Source of the DNA: Patellaria atrata CBS 101060
Lineage: Eukaryota
NCBI GenBank assembly: GCA_010093705.1
Contig: MU006106.1
Coordinates: forward strand, 399,086 to 463,085
Length of the DNA stretch: 64,000 nt
Direction: 5' to 3'
Shown piece after piece: positions 47,444-59,691 of the stretch (its first letter is position 1; every line of letters starts with the position of its first letter). The notes beneath the pieces are model-generated. The model was not told the origin of the DNA, did not search any database, and saw nothing but the letters and a program-made list of their open reading frames with translations. The translations under genes were made by a program, and so were the position numbers.

Positions 47444-48129
47444 TCAATATTCAGACCCGGCCTTCTTCCGGGAAGCTTTTTTGTTGCTGTGAGTTTTCTT
47501 TCTGCGCAGTCGGTTTTCATTTGCTCCTTTCTGACTAAACAATTGTCACTGTAAGTAGGGCAAACCAGTGCGTCCGGGAAACTCACAGATTCTGGACACG
47601 AGCTCTTTGAGCTTGGGAAGTCTCTCCTGGGATGGTTTTCGCCCCGACTTCTGCCACAAGGCTATAGAGTCTTGTGTAACAGCTATGCTCATTGTCGCGC
47701 TGTTTCCGACTATCGTCCGCTTGGATAATCAAAGCATCTGAATTCTTCACATAATACCTGGATTCTCGAATACCTTGGTGGAGTAATTTAGGGATATGCA
47801 TTAACAGTTGATCAAGGGGTAACCGTAGTGTAGCTTTTGAATTTACTCTGTTCCATCAATGATCAGCTCCTGAAGATATAGATCTCCTTGACGCACTTGT
47901 TGACATTTTGACCTCCTGGCCCTGAGGACCGACTATAAGATACATCTCCAATCTGTTTTGGTATTGTATCTGGGTCCAGCTTTTCTAACCATTCTCGAGC
48001 CTTGCTCACCTCCTCTTCGCTGCCATTCCCAGCCATGTCGGTACGGGAAGCTAATGTTCGCGTATGGATATTTCTGGGTGGCCAAACAGCCGTTGCCCGA
48101 GGCTGTAAAAGCTTCATGTAGCGTAACAT
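47444..48129 (-). CDS. Mitochondrial peptidyl-tRNA hydrolase, ICT1/Pth4-like (RF-1 GGQ domain); 3 exons
   Basis: Presequence MLRYMKLLQPR; YSRSSGPGGQNVNK|VNSKATLR; IIQADDSRKQRDN; basic tail ENRLRRKKTHSNKKASRK-stop at 47444. Confidence 0.88.
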
Positions 48130-48744
48130 ACTATTGACTAGATGCAAGTTTTCTTTGTGATATCTAGTTTCAACCTTGAAGAAAACATGCAAGGGAGTTC
48201 TACTTGTAGGTTTGCGCGTAGGCACGTGCCCCAGAATGTTTCGATAATAATATGCCAAGACGCTACGAGCAAAAATTCGCTACCTCTTGCGCAACAAAAG
48301 ACAAAGCACCTGCAAGCACTGCAGCAACTTTTACTTACCGGCTTCAACCTCAACCTCACCTCTACCATTCTCCCACCTTCCCCCCACCTCTTCTTCAATT
48401 CTCTATCACTCTTTCATTTTCAGGTGCTTCCATACATCTTTCGAACTCTTTATCTATTGGCGCTGTTATTCGGACATCACACATCCACGAGGCGTTGTCC
48501 GCACATCGACTGATAGAGTACTTTTAAGGTTACTTCATAGAGAACACATTCCCGGCTTTGCCCAGTCACCTTCGTCCGCTCCACCTTTCACCCTCAAATT
48601 CACCCCAGATCACCTATTTGATTGATCGCGTAGACTTTTGCTTTGCACGTCGTAGATGTGAAGCATATTGCTCTCCGTCTGTATTTGACACGATCTTAGC
48701 CCTTTGCCTCGCAGGTGCCAATGCGCCTCATTCTTCTCGCGTAG

Positions 48745-51192
48745 ATGACCCCAAGTCCACCAGAAGAAGCACCTGAATTTCGTGGCAAAACCCTCACTCC
48801 AGTATCACCGAAGCCAGTCCATTTCCCCTCGCCATCAAATATCCCAATCCTCCAGCAACAAATGGATCCGCAATATGAAACGTCCATGCAGATGAACGCC
48901 TCTAGAACCGCATACCAGCCTTATCCGCAAAACGAGTATCAACCGCCACCATCAAACATCACATACTCCAACCAAGGATCAGATAACAGAGGCAGTATAT
49001 CTCATGCTTCAAACGATGGGAATCGCAGTAGCAACTATGCACATTCCGTAGCCTTCGGCAATGGAGGTCACAATCAAGATAACAATTCGTTTCAAAACTT
49101 CGTTGCTCCGAACATGTCTGTCGGTGACACGCCCAATGACGCTTACGCGAACCCATCGCAGATGACCCAGAACCCTAATGCAAATGGGCCTATGGGATCC
49201 TTGAATAACAGTTACACTGGGATGGATATTCAGGCACTACTCGACAATCTGAACTCCTCTAATCCCCCAGCAGCACCTCCCTCCGCAGATCCAAGCGTCC
49301 AGTCTGCTGCCCCAACGAACTTGACATCATCTTCCTCTGCACTTCCCGGAAACCCCAGCCTTCCGCCCAGACCACCACCTCAAGAGAAACCCGCGACCCA
49401 TCCGAACTATGCCCCTGGCGATGACATCCGTCAGTACCATCCCCACAGCCAAAAGAATCCGGGTGCCTCATATCGTGCCCAAGGCGCTCTTCCCGCCCTC
49501 AATACCAATGCTACAGGTGTTGGAATGAATCCGGTCAGTGCCACCTATCAACAACCCACCCCCAAGTCAGCGAGTCACAAGCAAAGCCCATCCTCAGGCA
49601 TTTACCGCCAACGAGAACCGATTGATCGGCGAGGAGAAAGAGAGCCACCAGATGAGGATGATGTTCCATGGGGCCCTGATGTTCAACGGGAGTATGATGA
49701 ATTTCTACGTGACGAGAGAGTATATGTTACAGAGGGTCAGTGGGACAAATTCCCTCCAAATTCTAGATTATTTATAGGAAATCTTCCTACGGAGAAGGTA
49801 ACGAAGCGTGATCTATTCCATGTCTTTCATAAGCATGGCAAGTTAGCTCAGATATCTCTCAAACAAGCTTACGGGTTTGTCCAATTCTTAGAGGCAGATG
49901 CGTGCTACGAAGCCCTCCAAGAGGAGCAAGGAATGATGGTCCGGGGAAGGAAGATGCACCTAGAGATATCAAAACCGCAGAAGAATGCGCGTAATGCAGA
50001 TGGAAATGCCCGTGGTGGAGCACGTCGGCGCTCTCGCTCACCCGACTACACCCGTGGTGGAACTGGATCTCAGCAAGGACCTCGAGCGGTGGATCGTTAT
50101 ACCTCAGACGCCAATATGCGCGGTCCAAACGCGTCCCCAAGAAGTCGTGATTTCCGGAGAGGCCGTGATGATTACCGCCCAGGCCGGTCACCATCCCCTC
50201 GAGGATATGGTCGAAATCGAAGCCGTGATCGATATGACGGCCGTAGGAGAAGTAGGTCTCGCTCGCCATATGGTTACCGGGATAGGCATCGAAGTCCCAC
50301 GCCTCGTAGAGACGTAGAGGATGATCTACCACTACCTTACCGTGCACCTAGAGACGTGCCGGAGGTTCAGTTATTGGTTCTTGATAACCTTGATAGAGCC
50401 TTCATCACTTATGTTGAGGACATATTGAGAGGTCGAGACATTCATGTTGATGTACTTTTACTTAGCCCTCGTCTTGATGAAGCAGCTGTCGTCAGAAGGC
50501 AGATATTGGAGGGTGTCCTGGGTGTTTCAAAGCTCACGTACAAATCACAGCAGACGGGCAAAATTCCGTTACAGTTGTTTGATAGAAGGGCTGGAGCGGA
50601 CAACGTCCAGTTCACTGGTAAGTCATTCAAGAACTCATCCAGATCTATTGGCTAATTCGTCATAGAATACGATAATCTCGATCCCAGTATTTGCGCAGAA
50701 CTTGTCATTCAAGCCAAACAGACCCATGCAGCTCCGTCAGTCTCATACGCACCACCTCAAGTATCGTATGGATTGCCTCCTCCCATACCACACCAACAAG
50801 CTCCGGTAGCACCTGCGGGAACTGATATCAGCAATATTGTCTCATCACTCACAAGCCCAGACCTTCAGAAGTTGCTTGGCGCTTTACAGCAGCCTCCGTC
50901 ACAAGCGGCCCAGCGACAAGCACCCCCTCCGAGCACAATAGCTCCGGATTTAACACGATTACTTTCCAATACAGCACCTCTAAATCAGCAAGGCAATTCA
51001 AGATACCCTCAGCAAATGCCTCAACCTTCTCAAGCGTATAACCCATACGGATCCGTTCCCGGTAATCCTCATCTAGCATCAATTCTCAGTAATGTTCCTC
51101 CATCGGCTACTCCACAACAATCTCCAAATACTCAAGCACCTCCCGATATGAATAAGCTGATGGAGCAGCTCACCAATTATAATAGACGATAA
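48745..51192 (+). CDS. NAB3: Nab3-like RRM RNA-binding protein; 2 exons
   Basis: RRM SRLFIGNLP...ISLKQAYGFVQF...LEISKPQ, RS/RD-rich segment, NCOA5-like alpha/beta domain, Q/P-rich tail; intron 50618-50665. Confidence 0.8.
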
Positions 51193-52417
51193 TCTGCGTG
51201 GGAAAGCCTAACGGACCTACATCTGCATTGTTGGTAATACGGACATATTTTCCTTGACATTGTTGATTACACAATCCAGGGCGTTAATGGATAGGAGAAG
51301 CGTGTTGAAGCGAATTGATGTTGCGTGTAATTTAGAGTATGAAGTTGTAGGGCACCAACTCCCTTTTCACATGAAGGAATGGTCCGAATGAAAACCAATT
51401 TCGCAAATGTGTCTCTAAATGCGTCTTTGTGTGCGATATGATGAATGTTTGATATTGGTTCACCCGAACCCTAACTTCCTTCAGATAAGGTAGGACTACT
51501 CTTGGTTGGTCTAGACCGATACGCTCCAGTCAATACAAAGACATGCGTGTACATACGCATATACAGTATCTGCTCAGAGCCTCAGACATACAACCGGAAA
51601 GGTGGCACACATCGATACATCTGCATTATTGCTGCACTATGCACGAACGTTACGAGCCTCTCCTGACTCATGCTGGTTAACTCTCCTTGCAGAACGAATA
51701 CGTACCGGATCATCGGGCTCATATGCGCATCTTCAATAGCTTCGAAAATACTGAAAGTCCCTTTAAGAGAGCCCTTTGGCCTTACGTTACTTTTGCCTCA
51801 CTATTTGAACTGACAGCTGTCGGCGATGTCGGAACTCGGAAGGAAGATCCCATTCGTCCCAAGCGAGTTTTGGAAGCGTTTACAGCGGGTGGCGTTTATA
51901 CTTGCCAATTATGGTTTGGTTTCACAGATCTACAGCAGTCTTTAACCTTCTCTTTGGAAATTCCGAGCTAACCGCTAACGAGATACTCCATGGCTTAACA
52001 GCCAAGAACGTCGCGCGGCCAGGTGATTATCTAGGGATTAATCGTGATTCATAAGACCATCATTAACCGCTGACCTCTACTTGACCACCTTATCACCTTT
52101 GCTCTCTTGTCTGATTCAATAATCCTTCCACCAAGCTACAAACCAGTCACTGTTCAAACCACTGTTACTGAGGAAGCCTGATATCTTAGCCACTCGTACC
52201 TTAGACCCTGATTCAAAACCTAAGCACAAGTACACTATCGTCACAGCCTCCGAACCCTTATTACAAAACCACCGGCTCGCCTCTCACTCTTCCCTTCCTC
52301 CTACAACCTACCGCATCTTCCTCTCTGCAGTACCTCACCTCTATCGGAAAACAATCTTGCCCTTCTCTCCAGATCATCGCATCCCCCCCAGATTCTTAAG
52401 ATTCATCTACCGTCAAC

Positions 52418-52985
52418 ATGATGCGGTCTAACAGCATTTGTTCCGTTTCATCAACTTCGTCCGTCTCGGAAACTGAGGACAGTATGCAGATCTTCGTAAA
52501 GAATCTCGCAGGCGAAAGTGAGTATCTTAGTATCTTGGATATGAGGTTGCCGCACTAATGAACATCGTCCAGCTATCCCCTTTACTATCCCATCGAATAC
52601 CTCAATAGCCACCCTCAGAAACCTTTTAGCTCTGCGAACCAACCTTCCGACGTCGGATCTCCGTCTCGTCTTCGCAGGCAAGCACTTAACCGCCGCAGAC
52701 TCTACTCTATCCGATTACTCAATACCACGGGAATCAACCTTACACCTAGCTCTACCCCTTCGAGGTGGAGCACCAAAGAAGATAAGATGCGGCTTCAAAG
52801 AGTGTAGCTCTGCTGCGCAGCGAATTGTAGGGGACTGTGGATTCTGCAATGGACATTTCTGCGGGAAACATCGTCTCCTAGAGGATCATAAGTGCGAGGG
52901 GTTAGAGGACTGCAAGAAGGAGGCATATGAACTCAATGCGAATAAGCTCAATTCAGAAAAGACCGTTGCTATCAAGGGAGTCTGA
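52418..52985 (+). CDS. Ubiquitin-like domain - AN1 zinc finger fusion protein (not in the ORF track as one ORF); 2 exons
   Basis: [72 protein letters not shown]...[64 protein letters not shown]...IKGV-stop; intron 52518-52572. Confidence 0.92.
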
Positions 52986-55900
52986 TGGAAGATATCAACA
53001 TAATTTCTTTCCGTTTGTCTCATGTGTTTACTCAGCGTTCACTATTTAGCGTTTAGGTAGAGGAGTAATGCGTGCGTCTGAGGGTCGGCTTCCTCGACGT
53101 AGATAGATCATATTGGTTTTGCTGGATAGATCCCTTCGGTTTGGGTCTCAGCACTACAGTGTATTAGATGCTAATCTGCAATACAAACATTTGATGTACG
53201 TCTCTGGTCATTGTAACATGCTGCTCTAGGTACCGTACGATTATCAGCTATTACCACTTTCTATCTTGGTGGTAGAAGAGGGGCCTTGGGGTCTTTATTA
53301 TCAGTGTCCTGCATAAGCCCTTTAAAGAGAATTTTAGATATGTTTCTATACCGGATGACCGCGCGCTTTCGAGTAACCAACAACTCTTAATGCTGGAGAT
53401 AAAAGTCCAAAAGGAAATATGCTCATCCCTTGGAGTAAATAGAAGAAGGAAAAAAAATTGCAAAAGAAAACCTCCGAAGAGGGAAAGTTAACCCGGCGAA
53501 CGCATTTAACTTTATATTCTGGCGGAGGCGGGGCTCGAACTAATGACTTGACTGATAGAAAATTGACTGAAGGAAATATGACAAAGGAAATTATTAACCA
53601 CTCGGCCATGCCACCAGAATTAGAGGATTGTCTGCCAAAATCCATGATACACACCAGTACTGTGTTGTGACTGTTTCTCCCTCGGGATTTCTAATCTTAC
53701 CATATAATTTACTGATCCCATCTTCATTTGATTCACACATTTATACAGCTTTTCGTTGTACTTATCTGTAGTTTCCTACAGTTCTGCCCTCGCTGCCTGA
53801 CTGCTATCACTTCCATACTTTCCGAAAACTTCGCATGTTTCATGTCTATTGTACAATTCAAGCATAAATGGGCTATCGCGTGCTTCTGATCCGTTGGAGT
53901 ATACTGTTATATGTCTTCCCTGAACTTACTCCCAACTCTGTCCGCTCCATGTAGTGCTGGACCTTTGTAACTTCATACAACATCTTCTTCATCTAGCTTT
54001 GCATGTTCTTATAGCTTCATTCTCAGTCCAGTCTTATGTCACTGAATACATCCGCCCATTGTAGAAATGTCATCCTTTAGCATGCTCCGTCTTCTATTAG
54101 GTTTTATCCTCCATATGTTCTTACGTCACAATAATACTCCACTAGTGAACGAAGTCCGACGTGCAAATTGCGCAGTATACATGGGCTTTTGTTTGATGAA
54201 CGACGTCGATTTGGCGATGCAATAGCTTGTCGATATATCTATTTTCTCCGCGGAAAAGCTAGGTTCGCTATTGAGTTTCGTACTGTCACAGTTACTATGA
54301 AGTTCCATCTGAATAAATAGGCCAGTACTGTGCTAATATCACCCTAATATACAACCCTATAACGAAACACTGTAGATGTACGATGCGAGTCAGCTCTAAT
54401 CGTCGTGCGGCTCGCGTCACTGGTATAGAGGTTGTTCCATTCAGTCGAGAAACCCGACTTACTGCCTTATACTTGTATGGTATACAGTACAGGATGTTAA
54501 TGGTCGAAATACTCTAAAATCTATTGCAAGCATGCGATGTCGAAGCTCAAAATGCGATTTGACGTCTTTAACGGCGAATTCCGACGGTCATCCAAGGCTT
54601 CAAATAGAACTAGGGTTTCCAAGGCGGTTGAAGTGTCGCGGACATGAATTTCTTACGTATCTTCAATCATCCAAGAAACTATCCAAGAGACTCAATCTTC
54701 AAAATACTTGTTAAATTCAAGCAATTATCGACATCTGGTTGGGATGTCCACTCCCAAGCTATTTCTTTGACGTTATGGTTGGTGAGTGATACGGGTGAAC
54801 GACCACATTTGGGATCCAGACACGAGAAACCGTCGGCCCAAGCTTCTGTCTATATTCACATCACGCCACTATTGCTGGAAAACATATATACGAAAGTTTT
54901 ATCCTTCTTCTGCGTATATATTCTTTTAGTTCCTTTTGTTTTGTCCGTTTCCTTTTCTTTTTTCTTTGCATACTCGACTCACAGTGCGGTGTCAGCGATC
55001 CAAGTTTCTTCTCGTACGCCATTGGATTTTCAGAACGAAATGGGAATGAATACGGATCTTAAAATTGGCTTACCTGGCGCAGACGGTCCCAGTATATATT
55101 TACCTCTCGTTCGTTTGATTTAATGTTTGTTATTTATCTTCCTTGTTATATCTGTACCACTGGCCTTAAAACAATTTCTATGCTCTCCTTTACCTTATCC
55201 ACCAGCTTGGTAGATAATGTTTCTTAGTACTACTTAAGCTTATCTATATCCATTGGACGAGAAGATCCTCTTAAGTGCAAAAGTCTATAGTTATTCAGAG
55301 GCCCTAAGCAAGGAAAGCTACACAATTCGCTCATAGAGACACCACCCCGTCATCTCTTCCAACAACGTTATATGCTACATCGGAGGAGCCATGTCGACCA
55401 TGCTCAGTAATTTCATCCTCCCTTGCAGGACACCGACATGATAGTTGTTTTGCTTGGATCCCAAGACCTTGGTCTTATCTATCCTAAGTCACCAACGTTA
55501 CACCGGCATCGAAACCATCATCTGAATCTCCGGGACTCCAAGATCGAAGTAAAAAGATACGTTTGAATCCCTCGATTCAAGGCGAGATGAAGGTCTGGTA
55601 CGACCCAACCGTAACTTCGATGTACCGTCCATTGGAATGTTAGTTTCCTATCTCGGACGCTTAATATCAGTTACAGACAAAACTTGGTCTTGCGGAGTTC
55701 AACAACCTGAGCTCCACATCTGCAGTTCATTTATCCGGTTCACATCGCTACAACCGGAGCCTAAACTCGCAACATTTCCGACGGGACAAAGACAAAGGCA
55801 AACCCTCATCATAACGATTAGCACTGGGTGGTCGCATCTACTATTCCAAAGGGTACCAGCGGGAATGGCTTTCTTTTCGAGGAGACATGTAACACACGTT

Positions 55901-57799
55901 TCTTATACTCGTATGAGGCCAAGGCGACCAAAATGGACCCTGAGGAAGCAGTCTCCCGGATCGACTACGCCATTAGCACATACGTACTACACCATCACCA
56001 TCAGTAGAGTCTTGAAGGGTGGTAACATATGCTCATAACGTACTGAGCGAAGAATAAACCTGGGGGCTCTAGACCAGGGACCAAGAACTCTTTGCCAGAC
56101 GATAGTATACTTTTCAGATCACGGAGACCAAAAACATCCCAGAAGAAGCCGACTCTCGGGATCAACAGACCCTATTATGCATGCTCTTTCGCTAAATTAC
56201 CAAGACCATGGAGGTATCCGGTCCGTCTGGGCTATAGTTTTGAAATTACTTTCACACATCCCTCTTATATTTCGGGTTGTTTTCAATTAATCAAAGAGCA
56301 GGCAGTGGAGTGGCTGTGAATATGCTACCAGGTCCTGTGCATCTACTGCAATAACACGACTTCGTTGGGCAGCGGAAGATTTGCCGCCGTGGAAACCCGC
56401 CTTAGGCAGGTCAGGCCAACACTAAAAGAGGTATTCCGTGAGCGCGATTGACTTCTATATCTTCTTGGCAGCGGGTAGTAGGTGATACCCGTATGGCGAT
56501 GCAGCGGACCAGTCCTCGACGCCCAAATTCATAGAGTAAGATATGACGACAAAGATTTCTAACGCGCCTGTTGTCTTTGGTTGGTGAAACAAGATGGACA
56601 AGTCTGGAAAGGCTAGGTGGTCACTCAGAGGGTACAATACTTTTTCTTGGTACGCAGCGAAAGAACACAGCCGAACGCTGACGAATATGCAGTGAAGAAA
56701 CAAATGTAGCATCTTGTCGCCTTGGCCCTTATATGGAATCTCTCCTTGTGCGACAATTAGGACTTGGTCGTTCAACAGAAATGAAAACGGCCCCGCTGAT
56801 ACGATTCGCCCCGACGGGTGATCGACGTCCAAGACCTTTTAAGGCGTTTCCCTCAGCCATCCCGCGCTAAAGCCTTCGGACGCTAGGGTCTAGCGTCGTG
56901 CATGCCAAGACATCTCAGACGAATTTCCGCTCCACCAGATACCCTCACACAAAGCAAGCAGAGACTCATATCCCAAGGCTTCACTTTTCCCTATCTTCGG
57001 TGCCCCTTGCGTGTTACCGTTGGAGTGTAATCCGAGCAGGGCCAATCATGCTTCCACGCCCATTTCTGTTCAGTCCTTTTCCCTGCTGTTTATCAGTCTC
57101 TCCTTGTTTTCTTACCAGTAGACACCTTTTCATGCCCATCACTACGTTGTAAAACCACGGGAAGTGGTTCTGAGTTCATCATGTTCAACGGATTTGATAT
57201 CATCATCGATGAGTACCATGGGGTATCGTGGAACCTCTAATCAAGCTTCAGCGAATGAAAATCGGCGTAGCTACACGCCTTATCCGGCACTGTACCGGCG
57301 GTCCTCCCTTCCGCTGGCTTGGCCTGCTCGTCGAATATGCCTTGGCTATATCTGAGGAAAATACCAGCAGGAGAATGAACGAAACACATACCACGGTAGT
57401 AGTCAGTAGAATGGTATCACAGAACATACACAACCACTTGGCGTACACTTATCAATCCTATTCTTCGATCGGGCAGCAAGTATGTTGCCAAATATGGACC
57501 AACGTAATCACATGGATGATACGTATAAGGTGTAATTCTTGGGCCTTCCTGTCAACCATATTTTTTCGTAAATTGACCCCGCAAAACTACTCCAGATTTC
57601 TACATTACCCCTGGACATCAGTACCATATCCTTAATTTGATCGATCTCTTTGGTAGAGTGAAATATTTACTATTCAACAAATATAAGGCCTGACATCTCC
57701 TCTCCCGTAACTTGCGAAGGTCGTGACAACCGTTATATCGCTATCGTTGTAACACCTCGTTCTTTGATTCTTCTTCCTCTTTTTATTCACTTGTTCAGG

Positions 57800-59667
57800 A
57801 TGACTTCCTCCAAACCCCTAGGCCAACGGAAAGCAACCCAAGAGATAGTGCCTTCAGGTTTACAGACCACCGCAACTATTGACTCCGGCCTGACTACTCC
57901 CGGGAGCCTCGAATCCGGTAGTTCATCGTTATGTACGCAGCAACAATCTGACGAACCGAACTGGCCGAGAGAATGGAGAGCATACTCTTGCTTATTCGGC
58001 TGCTTTCTCCTCATGTTTAACAGCTGGGGCCTTGTCAACGCGTACGGCACCTATGCTTCGTACTACATGCAGCATCTATTACCAGGCCGAGATATTCTCC
58101 TCCTGAATCTCGTCGGTTCAACGCAGTCATTCATAGTCCTACTTCTCTCGTTCGTCGTGGGACGATTGTTAGATGCGGGATTTGTGAAGAACATCGTCGG
58201 ACTTGGAGCTTTTCTGGTGACGCTCGGTATGTTCTTACTGAGTGTTGTCAACGGGAAGGGTGATTACAATCAAGGGAACTATGCACTTATTTGGCTGGTT
58301 CAGGGACTCGTGACTGGGTTAGGCATGGCGTGTTTCTTCGTCTCGAGTTCCCAAGGTACATCATTAGGGATTTCCTTTACCATTAGGGAAGGAGCTAACC
58401 TTTCTTTTAGTCGCTGCTACTTGGTTCATTAAGAGAAAGACCATTGCTATTGGAATTGTAGCGTCTGGGGCTAGTATTGGTAAGTCACGTCCTGTCCAGT
58501 GAGCTTGCATTGAATTGAGCTGACTCCTTACAAGCTGGTCTCATATACCCAGTTATGACCAAGTTCCTAATCGCAAAAGTTGGCTTCAACAATGCTGTTC
58601 GTTATGTATCTACCGCCGTCGCTCTAACTTGCGTCTTATCCTGGTGGCTCGCGACACCAAACCCCCGTCACCCAATGAACAAGGTTGCCGGCACAAAAGG
58701 CTGGTGGAGGAGGTCCGAGATCTGGGTGGATTCCCACGCCTTCAGAAACCCATCCTTCTCCTGGTTCGTAGCGGCAATCTCAATCATGTTCTTCGGCTTC
58801 TACGCCATCTTCTTCAACCTCGAAGAGGTGAGTCAAATACCTCCTCCCCACAATACCCACAGAAGAGAGCACATCACTGATATATGCGTTTAGTGGGCAG
58901 CAGCACAAGGCTTCGGCATCAAAGACAACACTCCTCCCGGTCTCGATAGCGTTCACCTCGGCTCCGAAGTCCCCAAAGACGCCATCCGCACATTCTGGCT
59001 CCTCAGCATCATGAACGCCTGCAGCACCTTCGGCCGCGTCGGTACCGCCTGGCTCGGCGAACAGTACGTCTCCCTTATGTCCCCCCAGACACACTCCCCC
59101 CAAGTAAACTAACACCCACGCACCAGCTACGGCCCCCTCCTCGTCCACGCCCTCGTAACCCTCTTCGCCGCCCTCACAACCCTCCTCCTCTGGACCCTCG
59201 CCACCACGCTGCCCCTCGGCATCGCCTTCGTGGTCCTCTTCGGCATCCTGTCCGGCGGCGTCATCGGCGCGCCCCCAGCCTCCGTCGCCTGGATCCTCAC
59301 CGAGACGTCCGACTGCCCTCACAAGGCCGCGAAGCTGGGCCAGTGGGTCGGCATGATGTATAGTGTCTCTGCCGTGTTTGCGCTTACCGGTCCGGTTATC
59401 GCGGGACATTTGATCAGTCAGTTTGGCAGCTTTGTTACCGTGCAGTGCTGGAGTGGGGCGTGTTTGCTGGGTGCGGCGGGGTGTATGTTTGTTAGTTGGA
59501 GGAAGGCGGAGGGGTTGAGGAGGGGACTTGGGAGGAGGGAGGAAGAAGGGGTGAGGGTTGTGCAGGGCCAACGGCCGGATTGGAGTCGGGTTTCTACGCT
59601 TGTGGCTGAGGGGGTGTTGGAGGAGGAGAAGGAGAAGGAGAGGGAGAGCGATGAGGAGAGTAGGTGA
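57800..59667 (+). CDS. MFS transporter, monocarboxylate porter (Mch) family; about 5 exons
   Basis: LLMFNSWGLVNAYGTYASYY, VVGRLLDAG, LVQGLVTGLGMACFF, TWFIKRKTIAIGIVASGASI, IMNACSTFGRV, LTGPVIAGHL; about 12 hydrophobic segments; introns near 58356, 58480, 58828 and 59064. Confidence 0.88.
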
Positions 59668-59691
59668 TACGGTTACGGTTACGGTTACGGT
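59668..59691. repeat. (TACGGT)4 tandem repeat immediately after the MFS stop codon
   Basis: tacggttacggttacggttacggt. Confidence 0.85.

Noticed and set aside
51466..51475. Telomere-like AACCCTAAC words (also at about 62289), suggesting an interstitial telomere or telomerase RNA template
   Set aside because: Single 1.5-unit matches expected by chance; no tandem array or other telomerase RNA features seen.
53520..53545. tRNA 3'-end-like string on the minus strand (GTTCGAGCCCCGCCTCCGCCA)
   Set aside because: No matching 5' acceptor strand, A box or T-stem pairing; compatible with chance.
54644..55123. 159-aa ORF with a hydrophobic stretch
   Set aside because: The hydrophobicity comes from a T-rich tract; no recognisable motif or splice support.
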